Below are positions 1 to 8,678 of a stretch of 64,000 bases of DNA, piece after piece. Every line of letters starts with the position of its first letter. The stretch's first letter is position 1. The translations under genes were made by a program, and so were the position numbers. The notes below the pieces were generated by a model. That model was given only the letters and a program-made list of their open reading frames with translations. It made no database searches and was not told where the DNA came from. Source of the DNA: an uncultured Eubacteriales bacterium (lineage in GTDB: Bacteria; Bacillota; Clostridia; Oscillospirales; Acutalibacteraceae); assembly GCA_934445015.1 (NCBI GenBank), contig CAKSDJ010000001.1:17985-81984 (forward strand), given 5' to 3'.

Positions 1-932
1 TGCTGGTTATTCCGTTGTTCTCAATCACAGGCAAAGCGGCGCAGGACAATGTATTGCCTACCGGTGAAAACATAAGCGATATTATTTATGAACCGTTAAA
101 CGCAAACACCGATTTTAATAACTTTAAAGTTTTAAAAGACGGCAAAGTCACAAGCGTAAGCGCAAAAGATTATGTTTTCGGCGTGGTTGCTGCGGAAATG
201 CCTGCGCTTTACCACGAGGAGGCATTAAAGGCACAGGCGGTAGCGGCATATACCTTTGCCTGTTATAAAAAAAATACTTCACAAAATGCGGAATATGACA
301 TCGTCGCCGACCCTGAGACTGCTCAGTGCTTTATAACACGGGAGGAAGCCGCCGAAAAATGGGGTGAAAAAGCAACCGAATACAGCGAAAAGATTGAAAA
401 ATGCGTAGACGAGGTTTTAGGTCAGATGCTGGTGTATGAAAAGGCACCGATATTTGCCGCATATCATGCAATTTCGGCAGGCAGCACAAATGCGTGCGCC
501 GACGTATGGGGCAAAGATATTCCGTATTTAAAAAGCACAGACAGTATGGGCGATAAACTTGCAAACGGGTATTTGAGCGAAGCAACATTTACGGCAGACG
601 AAATCGCCGAAAAGTTAAAGGGAATCGCCGAGGCCTCCGGAGAAGCGCAAAACTATTTCGGTGACGCCGAAACTACCGACAACGGCTATGTAAAAACAAT
701 TATGTTTTGCGGCAAAAAAGTTTCGGGCAGCGAAATTTCAAAAGCATTGGGGCTTCGTTCAAGCCATTTTGAAGTAACGTTCGCCGACGGCAATTTTAAT
801 TTCAGCGTAAAGGGTTACGGTCACGGCGTGGGTATGAGTCAGAACGGCGCAAACTATATGGCGCAGCAAGGCAGCGATTATAAAGAAATTCTGCTCCACT
901 ATTATAAGGGCGCGGTTTTGCAAAAAAATTGA
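1..932 (+). CDS. spoIID: SpoIID/LytB-domain protein (stage II sporulation protein D-like), 5'-truncated by the window edge
   Basis: The reading frame is open to position 1. It contains VVAAEMP..EALKAQAVAAYTF and the C-terminal GYGHGVGMSQNGANYMAQQG block typical of SpoIID-family lytic transglycosylases. Confidence 0.8.
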   Translation, partial: LVIPLFSITGKAAQDNVLPTGENISDIIYEPLNANTDFNNFKVLKDGKVTSVSAKDYVFGVVAAEMPALYHEEALKAQAVAAYTFACYKKNTSQNAEYDIVADPETAQCFITREEAAEKWGEKATEYSEKIEKCVDEVLGQMLVYEKAPIFAAYHAISAGSTNACADVWGKDIPYLKSTDSMGDKLANGYLSEATFTADEIAEKLKGIAEASGEAQNYFGDAETTDNGYVKTIMFCGKKVSGSEISKALGLRSSHFEVTFADGNFNFSVKGYGHGVGMSQNGANYMAQQGSDYKEILLHYYKGAVLQKN

Positions 933-940
933 AATTTTAC

Positions 941-969
941 TTGACAAATCAACAAGCGTTATATATAAT
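941..969 (+). promoter_or_regulatory. Sigma-A-type promoter of the rplJ-rplL operon
   Basis: TTGACA (941-946), a 17-nt spacer, then TATAAT (964-969). Confidence 0.55.
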
Positions 970-1100
970 GGTTTAGCAATCCAAAGACAGTAGGTGGCAT
1001 TTGCCGTAAGTTTTATCGCCTGCCGAGGTGAGCGTGAATTATTGATTTTTTGATTTTTCATGTCTGCCCTTGATGTCCTTGGGTGGACATTTTTTATTTC
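970..1100 (+). promoter_or_regulatory. Ribosomal protein L10 leader (autoregulatory attenuator RNA)
   Basis: A structured leader lies between the promoter and rplJ. It contains CAAAGACAGUAGGUGG and CUGCCGAGGUG elements. It ends in a 10-bp hairpin (1060-1090, with two G-U pairs) plus a U-tract (1091-1097), about 20 nt before the rplJ RBS. Confidence 0.6.
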
Positions 1101-1118
1101 ACGCGGAGGTGAAACGAA

Positions 1119-1631
1119 TTGCCAAACGCAAAGGTTTTAGAAGCAAAAAAACAGGCTGTTGCGGATCTTTCCGAAAAAATCGGCGCCGCAGTCGCAGGTG
1201 TAATTGTTGACTACAAAGGTATCACTGTTGCCGACGATACCGCACTCCGTAAAGAGTTGCGCGAAAACGGTATTCACTACTCGGTAGTTAAAAATTCCAC
1301 GTTAAGACGCGCCGTAGAGGGCACCGACCTTGCAGAGATCGCAAACGTGTGCGAAGGCACAACCGCTATTGCACTCTCTGATGAAGATTACACAGCAGCA
1401 GCAAGAATACTTTGCAAGTTTGCCGACGGTCATGAAAACTTTAAGGTTAAGTCGGGTATACTTGAAGGCAAGGTTGTAGATGTTAACACTATTACCGAAC
1501 TTGCAAAACTTCCGTCAAGGGATGTTCTTCTTGCAACAGTTCTCAGTGCTTTCCAAGCACCGATCGCAGCATTTGCACGTGCTGTACAGGCCATTGTTGA
1601 TAAAGACGGTGAGCCCGAAGCAGCAGAATAA
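1119..1631 (+). CDS. rplJ: 50S ribosomal protein L10
   Basis: TTG start with a GGAGGT RBS at 1105-1110. The sequence has L10 character (KQAVADLSEKI..VDYKGITVADDTALRKELRE) and sits directly upstream of rplL. Confidence 0.97.
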   Translation: MPNAKVLEAKKQAVADLSEKIGAAVAGVIVDYKGITVADDTALRKELRENGIHYSVVKNSTLRRAVEGTDLAEIANVCEGTTAIALSDEDYTAAARILCKFADGHENFKVKSGILEGKVVDVNTITELAKLPSRDVLLATVLSAFQAPIAAFARAVQAIVDKDGEPEAAE

Positions 1632-1669
1632 TTAAAAAATTTTAAAAAAGATTATTGGAGGAAATTAAA

Positions 1670-2047
1670 ATGGCATCTGAAAAGATTACAGCTATGATTG
1701 AAGAGTTAAAAACTCTTACAGTTCTTGAACTTTCTGAACTTGTTAAAGCAGTAGAAGAGGAGTTTGGCGTATCTGCAGCCGCTGCAGTAGCAGTAGCAGC
1801 ACCGGCAGACGGTGGCGCAGCAGCCGCTGAAGAGAAAACCGAATTTGACGTTGTTCTCGCAGAGGCAGGCGCTGAAAAAATTAAGGTTATTAAAGTTGTT
1901 CGCGAAATCACAGGTCTTGGCCTTGCTGATGCAAAGGCACTTGTTGACGGCGCACCCAAAACCCTTAAAGAAGCAGCTTCTAAAGAAGACGCTGAAGCAA
2001 TCAAAGCAAAACTTGAAGAAGTTGGCGCAAAGGTTGAACTTAAGTAA
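1670..2047 (+). CDS. rplL: 50S ribosomal protein L7/L12
   Basis: ATG at 1670 follows GGAGG at 1656-1660. The protein reads [14 protein letters not shown].., then an Ala-rich hinge, then the C-terminal [30 protein letters not shown]. The upstream TTG at 1655 lies inside the RBS, so I rejected it. Confidence 0.97.
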   Translation: MASEKITAMIEELKTLTVLELSELVKAVEEEFGVSAAAAVAVAAPADGGAAAAEEKTEFDVVLAEAGAEKIKVIKVVREITGLGLADAKALVDGAPKTLKEAASKEDAEAIKAKLEEVGAKVELK

Positions 2048-2072
2048 TTTAAGATCTGCTCAAAACTTTTCG

Positions 2073-2103
2073 GCTCACCGTTTTAAAACGGTGAGCTTTT
2101 TGT
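2073..2103 (+). terminator. Rho-independent terminator after rplL
   Basis: GCTCACCG / CGGTGAGC stem with an 8-nt loop, followed by TTTTTG. Confidence 0.8.
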
Positions 2104-2138
2104 TTGCGCAAATTGCTTCAGGTGCAGGAGTTAACTTA

Positions 2139-2170
2139 AAAAGGTCCCGGGGGATTACCCCGAGACCTTT
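2139..2170 (-). terminator. Hairpin terminator downstream of the 2191-3120 gene
   Basis: On the minus strand: GGTCTCGGGG-TAATC-CCCCGGGACC followed by TTTTT. Confidence 0.55.
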
Positions 2171-2190
2171 TGGTTCATCTAAGCTTAATT

Positions 2191-3120
2191 TTATCCAAGC
2201 GGAAGCACGGCAGTAGCATGATTTTTAGGAACAGAATAACTTACAGCCACGTTACCCCTGTCATCAGCAACAATTCTTATGCTTTGCCAATCAACATCGG
2301 ATTCGGCAGTGCTTTCCTTTATTTTGTTATCGATATATTCCTTAGTGTAGTCAATGTTTTTACCTTCAAATTTGTACGTAAAATCACTTACATACACAAT
2401 TGCACCGTCATAACCGACGCAAACGCTGAGCCTGTCAACGCTTTTATATCCGCCGATATATCTTGTGTATTCAAAACCGTAATATCCGTATTGTGATTCG
2501 TATGAACTGCGCTCATATTTTGCTATATCACATTTTGTTTTTGCGTACTCATCGGCAATTTTTTGTGCGGAGTCTTTATCTATACTTCCGTCGGTTTTTT
2601 CTGTAATAAGCGATTTCATATCCGCAATAAACAGTCTGCCTGTTTCTGCGGCAAATTCGAACTTATTGCCTAAGTCGTCGCTGTATACAACCTTTTTATC
2701 ATAATTCAAGGCATCATTAACATTTGAAAATTTTAAATTAAACTTTTTATCGTTTATAGTTTCTGCTTTTTCGGCCCTGAAATCAAAATCGGTGTCTACA
2801 TACTCTGCAATTTCGGATTTAACCGACTTATCTGCGGCTGTCAAAACTTCTTTTTCTGCTTCTGCTGTTTTTGCACCAGCGTCTTTTACAGCTGCTTCTG
2901 ATGTTTTTGCACCCACGTCTTTTACAGTTGTTTCTGCTGATTTTTCTTCAACTGAATTTTCAGGGATTTCCGTATTCTGAACATCTGAAATTTCCGAAGA
3001 AACCTCCGCTTTATTTTCTTTATTATTTTCTTTTATAAGAGAAATGCTTTTAAAACCTATTAAACAAGACACGCAAACTGCAACAACTGAAGCAACAATC
3101 AAATACAAACGTTTTTTCAT
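2191..3120 (-). CDS. Membrane-anchored or exported hypothetical protein
   Basis: It has an N-terminal hydrophobic anchor (LYLIVASVVAVCVSCLIGF) and an acidic low-complexity linker with a 12-aa tandem repeat. The C-terminal globular domain belongs to no family I recognise. Confidence 0.6.
   Translation of the reverse strand: MKKRLYLIVASVVAVCVSCLIGFKSISLIKENNKENKAEVSSEISDVQNTEIPENSVEEKSAETTVKDVGAKTSEAAVKDAGAKTAEAEKEVLTAADKSVKSEIAEYVDTDFDFRAEKAETINDKKFNLKFSNVNDALNYDKKVVYSDDLGNKFEFAAETGRLFIADMKSLITEKTDGSIDKDSAQKIADEYAKTKCDIAKYERSSYESQYGYYGFEYTRYIGGYKSVDRLSVCVGYDGAIVYVSDFTYKFEGKNIDYTKEYIDNKIKESTAESDVDWQSIRIVADDRGNVAVSYSVPKNHATAVLPLG
2866..2937 (-). repeat. Imperfect 36-bp tandem duplication inside the 2191-3120 CDS
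   Basis: TGTTTTTGCACC(A/C)(G/A)CGTCTTTTACAG.. occurs at 2866 and again at 2902. It encodes VKDVGAKTSEAA / VKDAGAKTAEAE. Confidence 0.7.
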
Positions 3121-3276
3121 TGCGCTTTTCTCCCTTTCTGCTTACATTTTTGTACAATTTTAAATTCGTTATGCATCGGTATCTCCTCCATATAATATCA
3201 TATGCGGCTTTCCCGTCTTTATTGTAACAAATATTAAATCAAATTGCAAGTTTTTTTTACTCACAGCAATAAAATG

Positions 3277-4854
3277 TCAGTGCTTTACAACCTGATTCTT
3301 ATCACCTACAATACAGTATGAGTTTAACCCACAGTATATTTCTTCCGTCAGGACATTTTCAGGTATGTTATTGTTTACAATATCATTACGCGTATATCCA
3401 GCATAAGCCAAATTGGCATCAAGGGTTATTTCATACGCCTGACTTGCAGCGGATGCGACAGTATTGCCCTCACCTAACAGCCTTGTAAACTCAATCATCC
3501 ACTTAGGAGAGCCCATTGTAGTCACGGTTTGAAGAGTATCGTAATAATAACGATACCATGTTTCATTTTCAAAACCGACAACTGTTTTAACTCCCTTACT
3601 GTGTAATACGTTTACAAAATTTGTTGAGTCGCTTTCACCGCCTTTTGCGGTTTCGCAAGCTGTTGATACAAAACATCTTGTATTAGAAAAATAATTGCTT
3701 GGCAGTTCACTCAGGTCACTTGTAGTATAAAGACCGTAGCACACCGTGCAATTTTCATCCTGACAATCTATATGGTCATTATAAATATTTCTCATGCTCC
3801 ACTGTATACCCTCTTTATATCCGTGAGTGGCGATTGCACAATATGATGATTCTCGTATAAACCTACTGCAAGAATAGTATCGATCTGTAGCACTTGCCGC
3901 ATAATTATATCTGTGCAATTCAGAGCAACCGATATTCTGGCAATACCCCTGAATATTACTATCCATTATCCAGCTTGAATGGTCTATTCCGTTTCTATCA
4001 ATCATACCTAATAAGGTTATAGGCTTACAATTGTTATACATGCTGTCTTTAAGCACAGGTGAAACACCGCTGCCGTCATACATATAAATTATTATTCGAA
4101 ATCTCGCCTCACCGTAATCGTCCCAATCTATGGGAATTGTAAACCCATGATAGCCATTACCGTAACCTTCTGTCGCTAAGTCACCGCGATATTCATTTGC
4201 GCTTTTTGTTATTATTTTAATAACATTTCCATCCAATCCTATTATGTGCACATGTACCCCAACTGGTTCATTCGGTGCGTCCGGTTTCCAGGCCCAACCT
4301 CCTATTCCGGTGCTTTTCAATGCATCAACAGAACCGGTCATACTTCTTACAGTAAAACTAATCGGAGCATTATTAAGCAGGGCATTGGAACTATTTACGC
4401 CTATTGCATAAGCATAAACCGAATACGTACCGGGTTTATAATCTATCCAGTTTATACTGTAATCAAAACCGTGATATCCATCTCCGTATCCTGCAGACTT
4501 TAAATCTGCCCTGTAAATATCTGCTGTTGCCGTTCTTATATGTTGCTCTCCTGTTGAATTGTTTATTATGTATATGTGTACTTGCAACGCGGTGTTCGGC
4601 AATCCGCTTTGATATGCCCAACCGTGTATTCGGCTTGCACTGACGCCGTCTAAAAAACCACCCGGAGTTGATGCGGCAGCATATACGGTGTTATCGCTAA
4701 CATCGATCAAGTCAGTTGTGCTACAACCCAAATCAACGCTTCGGGTTGTTTCGTTTATATTTGATTTTGAAACCGGTGCAGCCGCAATGGCATTAAGTGA
4801 TAAAGTAAAAGCCAAAATAACAAGAATGAATGTTGCCGTTAATTTGTTTTTCAT
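3277..4854 (-). CDS. Secreted cysteine-rich protein: two tandem ~100-aa repeats plus a C-terminal CHAT/caspase-like (clan CD) putative peptidase domain
   Basis: It has a Sec signal peptide (..LSLNAIA/AAP). The internal repeats share GW.., VH.HI, YR.DL..GYG.GYHGF. The C-terminal domain carries AIATHGY ... FVSTACETAKGG ... KGVKTVVGF. RBS is AAGGAAGG. G+C is visibly lower than in neighbouring genes. Confidence 0.8.
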   Translation of the reverse strand: MKNKLTATFILVILAFTLSLNAIAAAPVSKSNINETTRSVDLGCSTTDLIDVSDNTVYAAASTPGGFLDGVSASRIHGWAYQSGLPNTALQVHIYIINNSTGEQHIRTATADIYRADLKSAGYGDGYHGFDYSINWIDYKPGTYSVYAYAIGVNSSNALLNNAPISFTVRSMTGSVDALKSTGIGGWAWKPDAPNEPVGVHVHIIGLDGNVIKIITKSANEYRGDLATEGYGNGYHGFTIPIDWDDYGEARFRIIIYMYDGSGVSPVLKDSMYNNCKPITLLGMIDRNGIDHSSWIMDSNIQGYCQNIGCSELHRYNYAASATDRYYSCSRFIRESSYCAIATHGYKEGIQWSMRNIYNDHIDCQDENCTVCYGLYTTSDLSELPSNYFSNTRCFVSTACETAKGGESDSTNFVNVLHSKGVKTVVGFENETWYRYYYDTLQTVTTMGSPKWMIEFTRLLGEGNTVASAASQAYEITLDANLAYAGYTRNDIVNNNIPENVLTEEIYCGLNSYCIVGDKNQVVKH

Positions 4855-5175
4855 ATTTAACCTTCCTTTTACATTTTGTTTTTAGTGCAATATTTTATGG
4901 TGGACTTCTCATTATAATTCATCTCCTAAGGCAGCTATAATGCTAAAATTTTCTGTTTTGAAAATATCACAAAATCACACCAAATGTAAAGATAAATCGT
5001 TCGTCAAATTTCGACATTTAAAACGACATTCTAAACAAAAGTTATTAGTAAAAAACGAAAATATTGTTTAATATTCATATATCACATTGTTTGCAGTTTA
5101 TTTTATTTTTGTCGTATATTGTCGAAATGTTTTTGTATATTTTTTAACCCCCTACCTTTTCGGCAGGGGGTTATT

Positions 5176-6300
5176 TTATAAATATTTGAACATAAACGAG
5201 TATGAAAAATAAATGTGTCCGTATATATCGGGGTTTTGTTCACAAATTTGAGTCTGGCGTTTTATAACGTCAACACCGTTTTGCCATTCTTCACGGTCGG
5301 GTTCGTTTTGGGTATTTATTTTATATGCGGCAAGCCCTATCATCAGTTTGACATCTTTGTTATCAGTAACATTTATCCAGTCGGATATCAAATTTTCAAA
5401 TTTATAATCATCCGTAGGATAGTTAAATCCGAAATACAGCTGCGGTATTATGTAGTCTATGCAGCCGCTTTCGCACCAGGTATTTATATCGGCATAATGT
5501 TTGCTGTAATTTTCAGAAACGGACGCCGCCGGACTTATACTGAAAACTATATTTGCATCGGTGAATTTGACTGCGGTAAAACAACCGCTTATAAGGGCGT
5601 TTACATTTGCCCGACGCCAGTCGTCGAGCGAGAGCGGTTTTTCGGCATCGGCGCAGTAGGCTTCATAACTTACCTTATCGAATTCGGGGTCGGTCGTGGG
5701 ATAAAAATAATCGTCAAAATGTATGCCGTCAACCTTGTAGTTATTTATTATTTCACGTACACCGTCTGTCACAAGTTTGCGCGCCTCACCCGAAGCGGGA
5801 TTAAGATAAATGCCGTTGCTTATAACAGCGTTTGTATCGTTTGACACGTCATCGTCGCTAAGCCACTGTTTTACCGGACTTTTTTCATCAAGCGCCGATA
5901 CGTCGCCGTCGGCAGTGCGCACGCGGTAAGGGTTGATCCAAGCGTGAAATTTTAAACCTTCGGCGTGACATTTTTCTATCATATATTCAAGCACATCAAA
6001 ATCATACTGTTTAACGGTTTCACGAAGCGGAAAATACTGCGAACTGTATATCGAGTCGCAAAACGCCCTTGTATGAACAAACAGGTCGGTTATGCCGCGT
6101 GACTTGCAGTTTGATACAACCGCGTCAAACCCGTTTTTGAAATCTCCCGTTTTAAGAACAGCGTCAAGTTCGCTGTATGACAACCATACGCCCGAGACGT
6201 AACTTTCGGCGGTATCGGTTTTGCGTGTTTTATTTTCTTTTTGGGGCGAACAACCGGTAAGCAATATCAGCGAAAGCGCTATGCACAATATCCTTTTCAT
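5176..6300 (-). CDS. Glycoside hydrolase-like GHL10 (DUF187/YngK-type) lipoprotein
   Basis: It has a lipobox (LSLILLTGC) and the GIHFDDYFYP motif characteristic of GHL10. The start is set at MKRIL; the upstream in-frame Met codons lack an RBS. Confidence 0.85.
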   Translation of the reverse strand: MKRILCIALSLILLTGCSPQKENKTRKTDTAESYVSGVWLSYSELDAVLKTGDFKNGFDAVVSNCKSRGITDLFVHTRAFCDSIYSSQYFPLRETVKQYDFDVLEYMIEKCHAEGLKFHAWINPYRVRTADGDVSALDEKSPVKQWLSDDDVSNDTNAVISNGIYLNPASGEARKLVTDGVREIINNYKVDGIHFDDYFYPTTDPEFDKVSYEAYCADAEKPLSLDDWRRANVNALISGCFTAVKFTDANIVFSISPAASVSENYSKHYADINTWCESGCIDYIIPQLYFGFNYPTDDYKFENLISDWINVTDNKDVKLMIGLAAYKINTQNEPDREEWQNGVDVIKRQTQICEQNPDIYGHIYFSYSFMFKYL

Positions 6301-6379
6301 ATTTTTTCTCATTTCTTTTTTAACTAATACAGTATATTTTAAACGCATTATAAAAATTCATCAAGTATTATTTTTTCGC

Positions 6380-6408
6380 TTGATTATATAAACATAATAT
6401 TGTATAAT
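6380..6408 (+). promoter_or_regulatory. Sigma-A-type promoter
   Basis: TTGATT (6380-6385), a 17-nt spacer, then TATAAT (6403-6408). Confidence 0.5.
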
Positions 6409-6429
6409 GCTTTTACGAGGTGATCTGCT

Positions 6430-6891
6430 TTGCATAATTATAAAAAATCGGTTAAATTTACCTTGATTTTGGTATACGTAGCAATATTTTTATTGTTTGC
6501 AATGGTTGTTGCACTGCCGTGGATTGTAACATGGTACGTTGAGGTCCGTGGTAAAGACGCAGGTCTGCCTGCCGTTATAATGCTTACGTGTTACCCGTGT
6601 GTTCCGCCTGTGGCGATAGCATTATTTGCTTTAAAAAGTATGCTTAAAAATATACTTAACGGCTTAATCTTCGGTGACGAAAACATATGCTCACTTAACA
6701 AAATCGCGGTAAGCAGTCTTATATGCGGCGTTATAACCGCAGTTGCAGGGTATTTTTATCTACCGTTTTATTTTGTAAGTCTGGCGGCGTTTGGGTGTGC
6801 GATTATTATAAAAGCCATAAAAGATACTTTTGCCGCCCAACTTGAAAACCAGCGTGAAAAATTATATGAATCCGTGAGGGAAGAATTATGA
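6430..6891 (+). CDS. DUF2975-like small multi-pass membrane protein
   Basis: TTG start, 7 nt after GAGGTG. The protein has four hydrophobic segments and a C-terminal amphipathic tail, the usual DUF2975 architecture. Its stop overlaps the next start (ATGA at 6888-6891). Confidence 0.7.
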   Translation: MHNYKKSVKFTLILVYVAIFLLFAMVVALPWIVTWYVEVRGKDAGLPAVIMLTCYPCVPPVAIALFALKSMLKNILNGLIFGDENICSLNKIAVSSLICGVITAVAGYFYLPFYFVSLAAFGCAIIIKAIKDTFAAQLENQREKLYESVREEL

Positions 6892-7160
6892 AAAAAACAG
6901 TAATTTCGGTAATAGGTAAAGACGCCGTAGGCATTACCGCAAAAGTAAGCGCCGCCTGCGGCGAACATAACGTTAATATTGTGGATATAACCCAGTCGGT
7001 TTTGCAGGATATGTTTGTAATGGTAATGCTTACCGATATATCTGCCATTGACTGCTCGTTTAAAGATTTTTCTGACAGTATGTGTAAATTAGGCAAAGAA
7101 TCAAATCTTGAAATACGCGTTATGCACGAAGATATTTTTAACTCGATGCACAGAATTTAA
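6888..7160 (+). CDS. ACT domain-containing protein (UPF0237 family)
   Basis: [48 protein letters not shown] is a typical stand-alone ACT protein that pairs with UPF0210. Confidence 0.85.
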   Translation: MKKTVISVIGKDAVGITAKVSAACGEHNVNIVDITQSVLQDMFVMVMLTDISAIDCSFKDFSDSMCKLGKESNLEIRVMHEDIFNSMHRI

Positions 7161-7170
7161 GGGGATATTT

Positions 7171-8526
7171 ATGCTTAATCTCGGTGATATTTTAGAAACG
7201 ATCAATATGATCCGTCAGGAAAATCTTGACATACGCACAATCACAATGGGTATATCCCTGCTTGACTGTGCCGACAGTAATATTGATGTTTCGTGCGAAA
7301 AAATTTACAACAAAATAACTCGTCTTGCCGGCAATCTTGTAAAAGTGGGTTGCGATATTGAAAATGAATACGGTATTCCGATTATCAACAAACGCATTTC
7401 GGTGACCCCTATTGCTATGCTTGTTGCGGTTTCGGGCGGCGACCCCGTTAAATACGCCCTTACCCTGCAGCGTGCGGCTGACACGGTGGGTGTTAATTTT
7501 ATAGGCGGTTTTTCGGCGCTTGTGCAAAAGGGTTTCTCAGCCGGTGATATTGAACTTATAAAATCTATACCGCGCGCTTTAAGCGAAACGCAAAACATTT
7601 GCTCATCGGTAAACATAGGCTCAACAAAAGCCGGTATAAATATGGACGCCGTAAAACTTATGGGTGAAACCATTCGCGAAAGCGCATTGCTTACTGCCGA
7701 TCGCGACTGTATAGGCCCTGCAAAACTGGTCGTATTTTGCAACGCACCTGAAGATAACCCGTTTATGGCCGGCGCATTTCACGGTGTGGGTGAACCCGAC
7801 TGCGTTATTCACGTGGGCGTTTCGGGTCCCGGCGTTGTTTATTCGGCACTTAAAAAGTGTGACGGTGACCTGTGCGCTGTAGCCGAAGTAATAAAACGGA
7901 CCGCGTTTAAAATAACCCGTGTCGGTCAGCTCGTGGGCAGTGAAGCCGCAAAAAGGCTCGGCGTGCCGTTTGGCATAGTTGATTTGTCGCTTGCACCGAC
8001 ACCGGCGGTGGGCGACTCGGTAGCAAGAATACTTGAAGAGATAGGACTCGGCATTTGCGGAACCCACGGTACCACAGCCGCGCTCGCCATGCTTAATGAC
8101 GCTGTCAAAAAGGGTGGAGTTATGGCGTGCAACTCGGTAGGCGGACTTTCGGGCGCGTTTATACCTGTATCTGAAGATGAGGGTATGATAGCGGCAGCAC
8201 GCAGCGGTGACCTTAAAATAGAAAAACTTGAGGCAATGACCGCAGTTTGCTCTGTGGGCCTTGATATGATAGCAATTCCCGGAGATACACCGAGCGAGGT
8301 CATATCGGCAATAATTGCCGATGAAGCAGCCATAGGTATGGTAAACTCAAAAACCACCGCTGTGCGCGTAATACCTGCAATAGGCAAAAAAGCCGGTGAG
8401 GAACTTAACTTCGGCGGATTGTTGGGCGAAGCACCGATTATGGGCGTGAACCTGAGCGCCAGCCCAAAAAAATTTATTGACCGCGGCGGCAGAATACCGG
8501 CGCCTATGCAAAGCCTTAAAAATTAA
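7171..8526 (+). CDS. UPF0210/DUF711 protein (PFL-like fold family)
   Basis: ATG at 7171 follows [39 protein letters not shown] is the conserved UPF0210 N-terminus. The 451-aa length fits the family. Confidence 0.9.
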   Translation: MLNLGDILETINMIRQENLDIRTITMGISLLDCADSNIDVSCEKIYNKITRLAGNLVKVGCDIENEYGIPIINKRISVTPIAMLVAVSGGDPVKYALTLQRAADTVGVNFIGGFSALVQKGFSAGDIELIKSIPRALSETQNICSSVNIGSTKAGINMDAVKLMGETIRESALLTADRDCIGPAKLVVFCNAPEDNPFMAGAFHGVGEPDCVIHVGVSGPGVVYSALKKCDGDLCAVAEVIKRTAFKITRVGQLVGSEAAKRLGVPFGIVDLSLAPTPAVGDSVARILEEIGLGICGTHGTTAALAMLNDAVKKGGVMACNSVGGLSGAFIPVSEDEGMIAAARSGDLKIEKLEAMTAVCSVGLDMIAIPGDTPSEVISAIIADEAAIGMVNSKTTAVRVIPAIGKKAGEELNFGGLLGEAPIMGVNLSASPKKFIDRGGRIPAPMQSLKN

Positions 8527-8649
8527 AAAATATAAAAACGCGCCTATGATACCACTGTATTACGGGCGCATTTTTATGCAAAAAATAAACGTTGCCGCCT
8601 ACCCTCTTGCCTATTCGGATATACAACCGCCGATATGTCAAAATCTAAC

Positions 8650-8678
8650 TTGCATTCCGTACTTTTTTATGTTATAAT
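8650..8678 (+). promoter_or_regulatory. Sigma-A-type promoter upstream of pnuC
   Basis: TTGCAT (8650-8655), a 17-nt spacer, then TATAAT (8673-8678). Confidence 0.5.

Noticed and set aside
1642-2004. A 120-aa Ala/Ser-rich ORF antisense to rplL, and the 1812-2216 frame-shifted ORF.
   Set aside because: They are products of the reverse complement or alternate frame of the Ala-rich L7/L12 hinge. rplL is unambiguous.
4940-5074. A 44-codon, highly basic small ORF (MLKFSVLKISQNHTKCKDKSF..) in the AT-rich spacer.
   Set aside because: It has only a weak AAGG upstream. Lys/Asn-rich ORFs are expected by chance in AT-rich DNA, and I cannot assess conservation. It is mentioned only within the spacer finding.
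7108-7170. N-terminal extensions suggested by the ORF track. Examples are 7108 for UPF0210, 23059 for nagB, 49421 for LysR, 49704 for flavodoxin, 53006 for cpsD, 57978 for mnmE and 22100 for rplM.
   Set aside because: In each case an internal start is preceded by a clear Shine-Dalgarno sequence and reproduces the canonical family N-terminus. The extensions overlap upstream genes or promoters.
8527-8600. A candidate terminator hairpin after the UPF0210 gene (GCGCC...GGCGC followed by ATTTTTA).
   Set aside because: The stem is only 5 bp and the loop is about 20 nt. That is too weak to call, so transcription end points here are left open.
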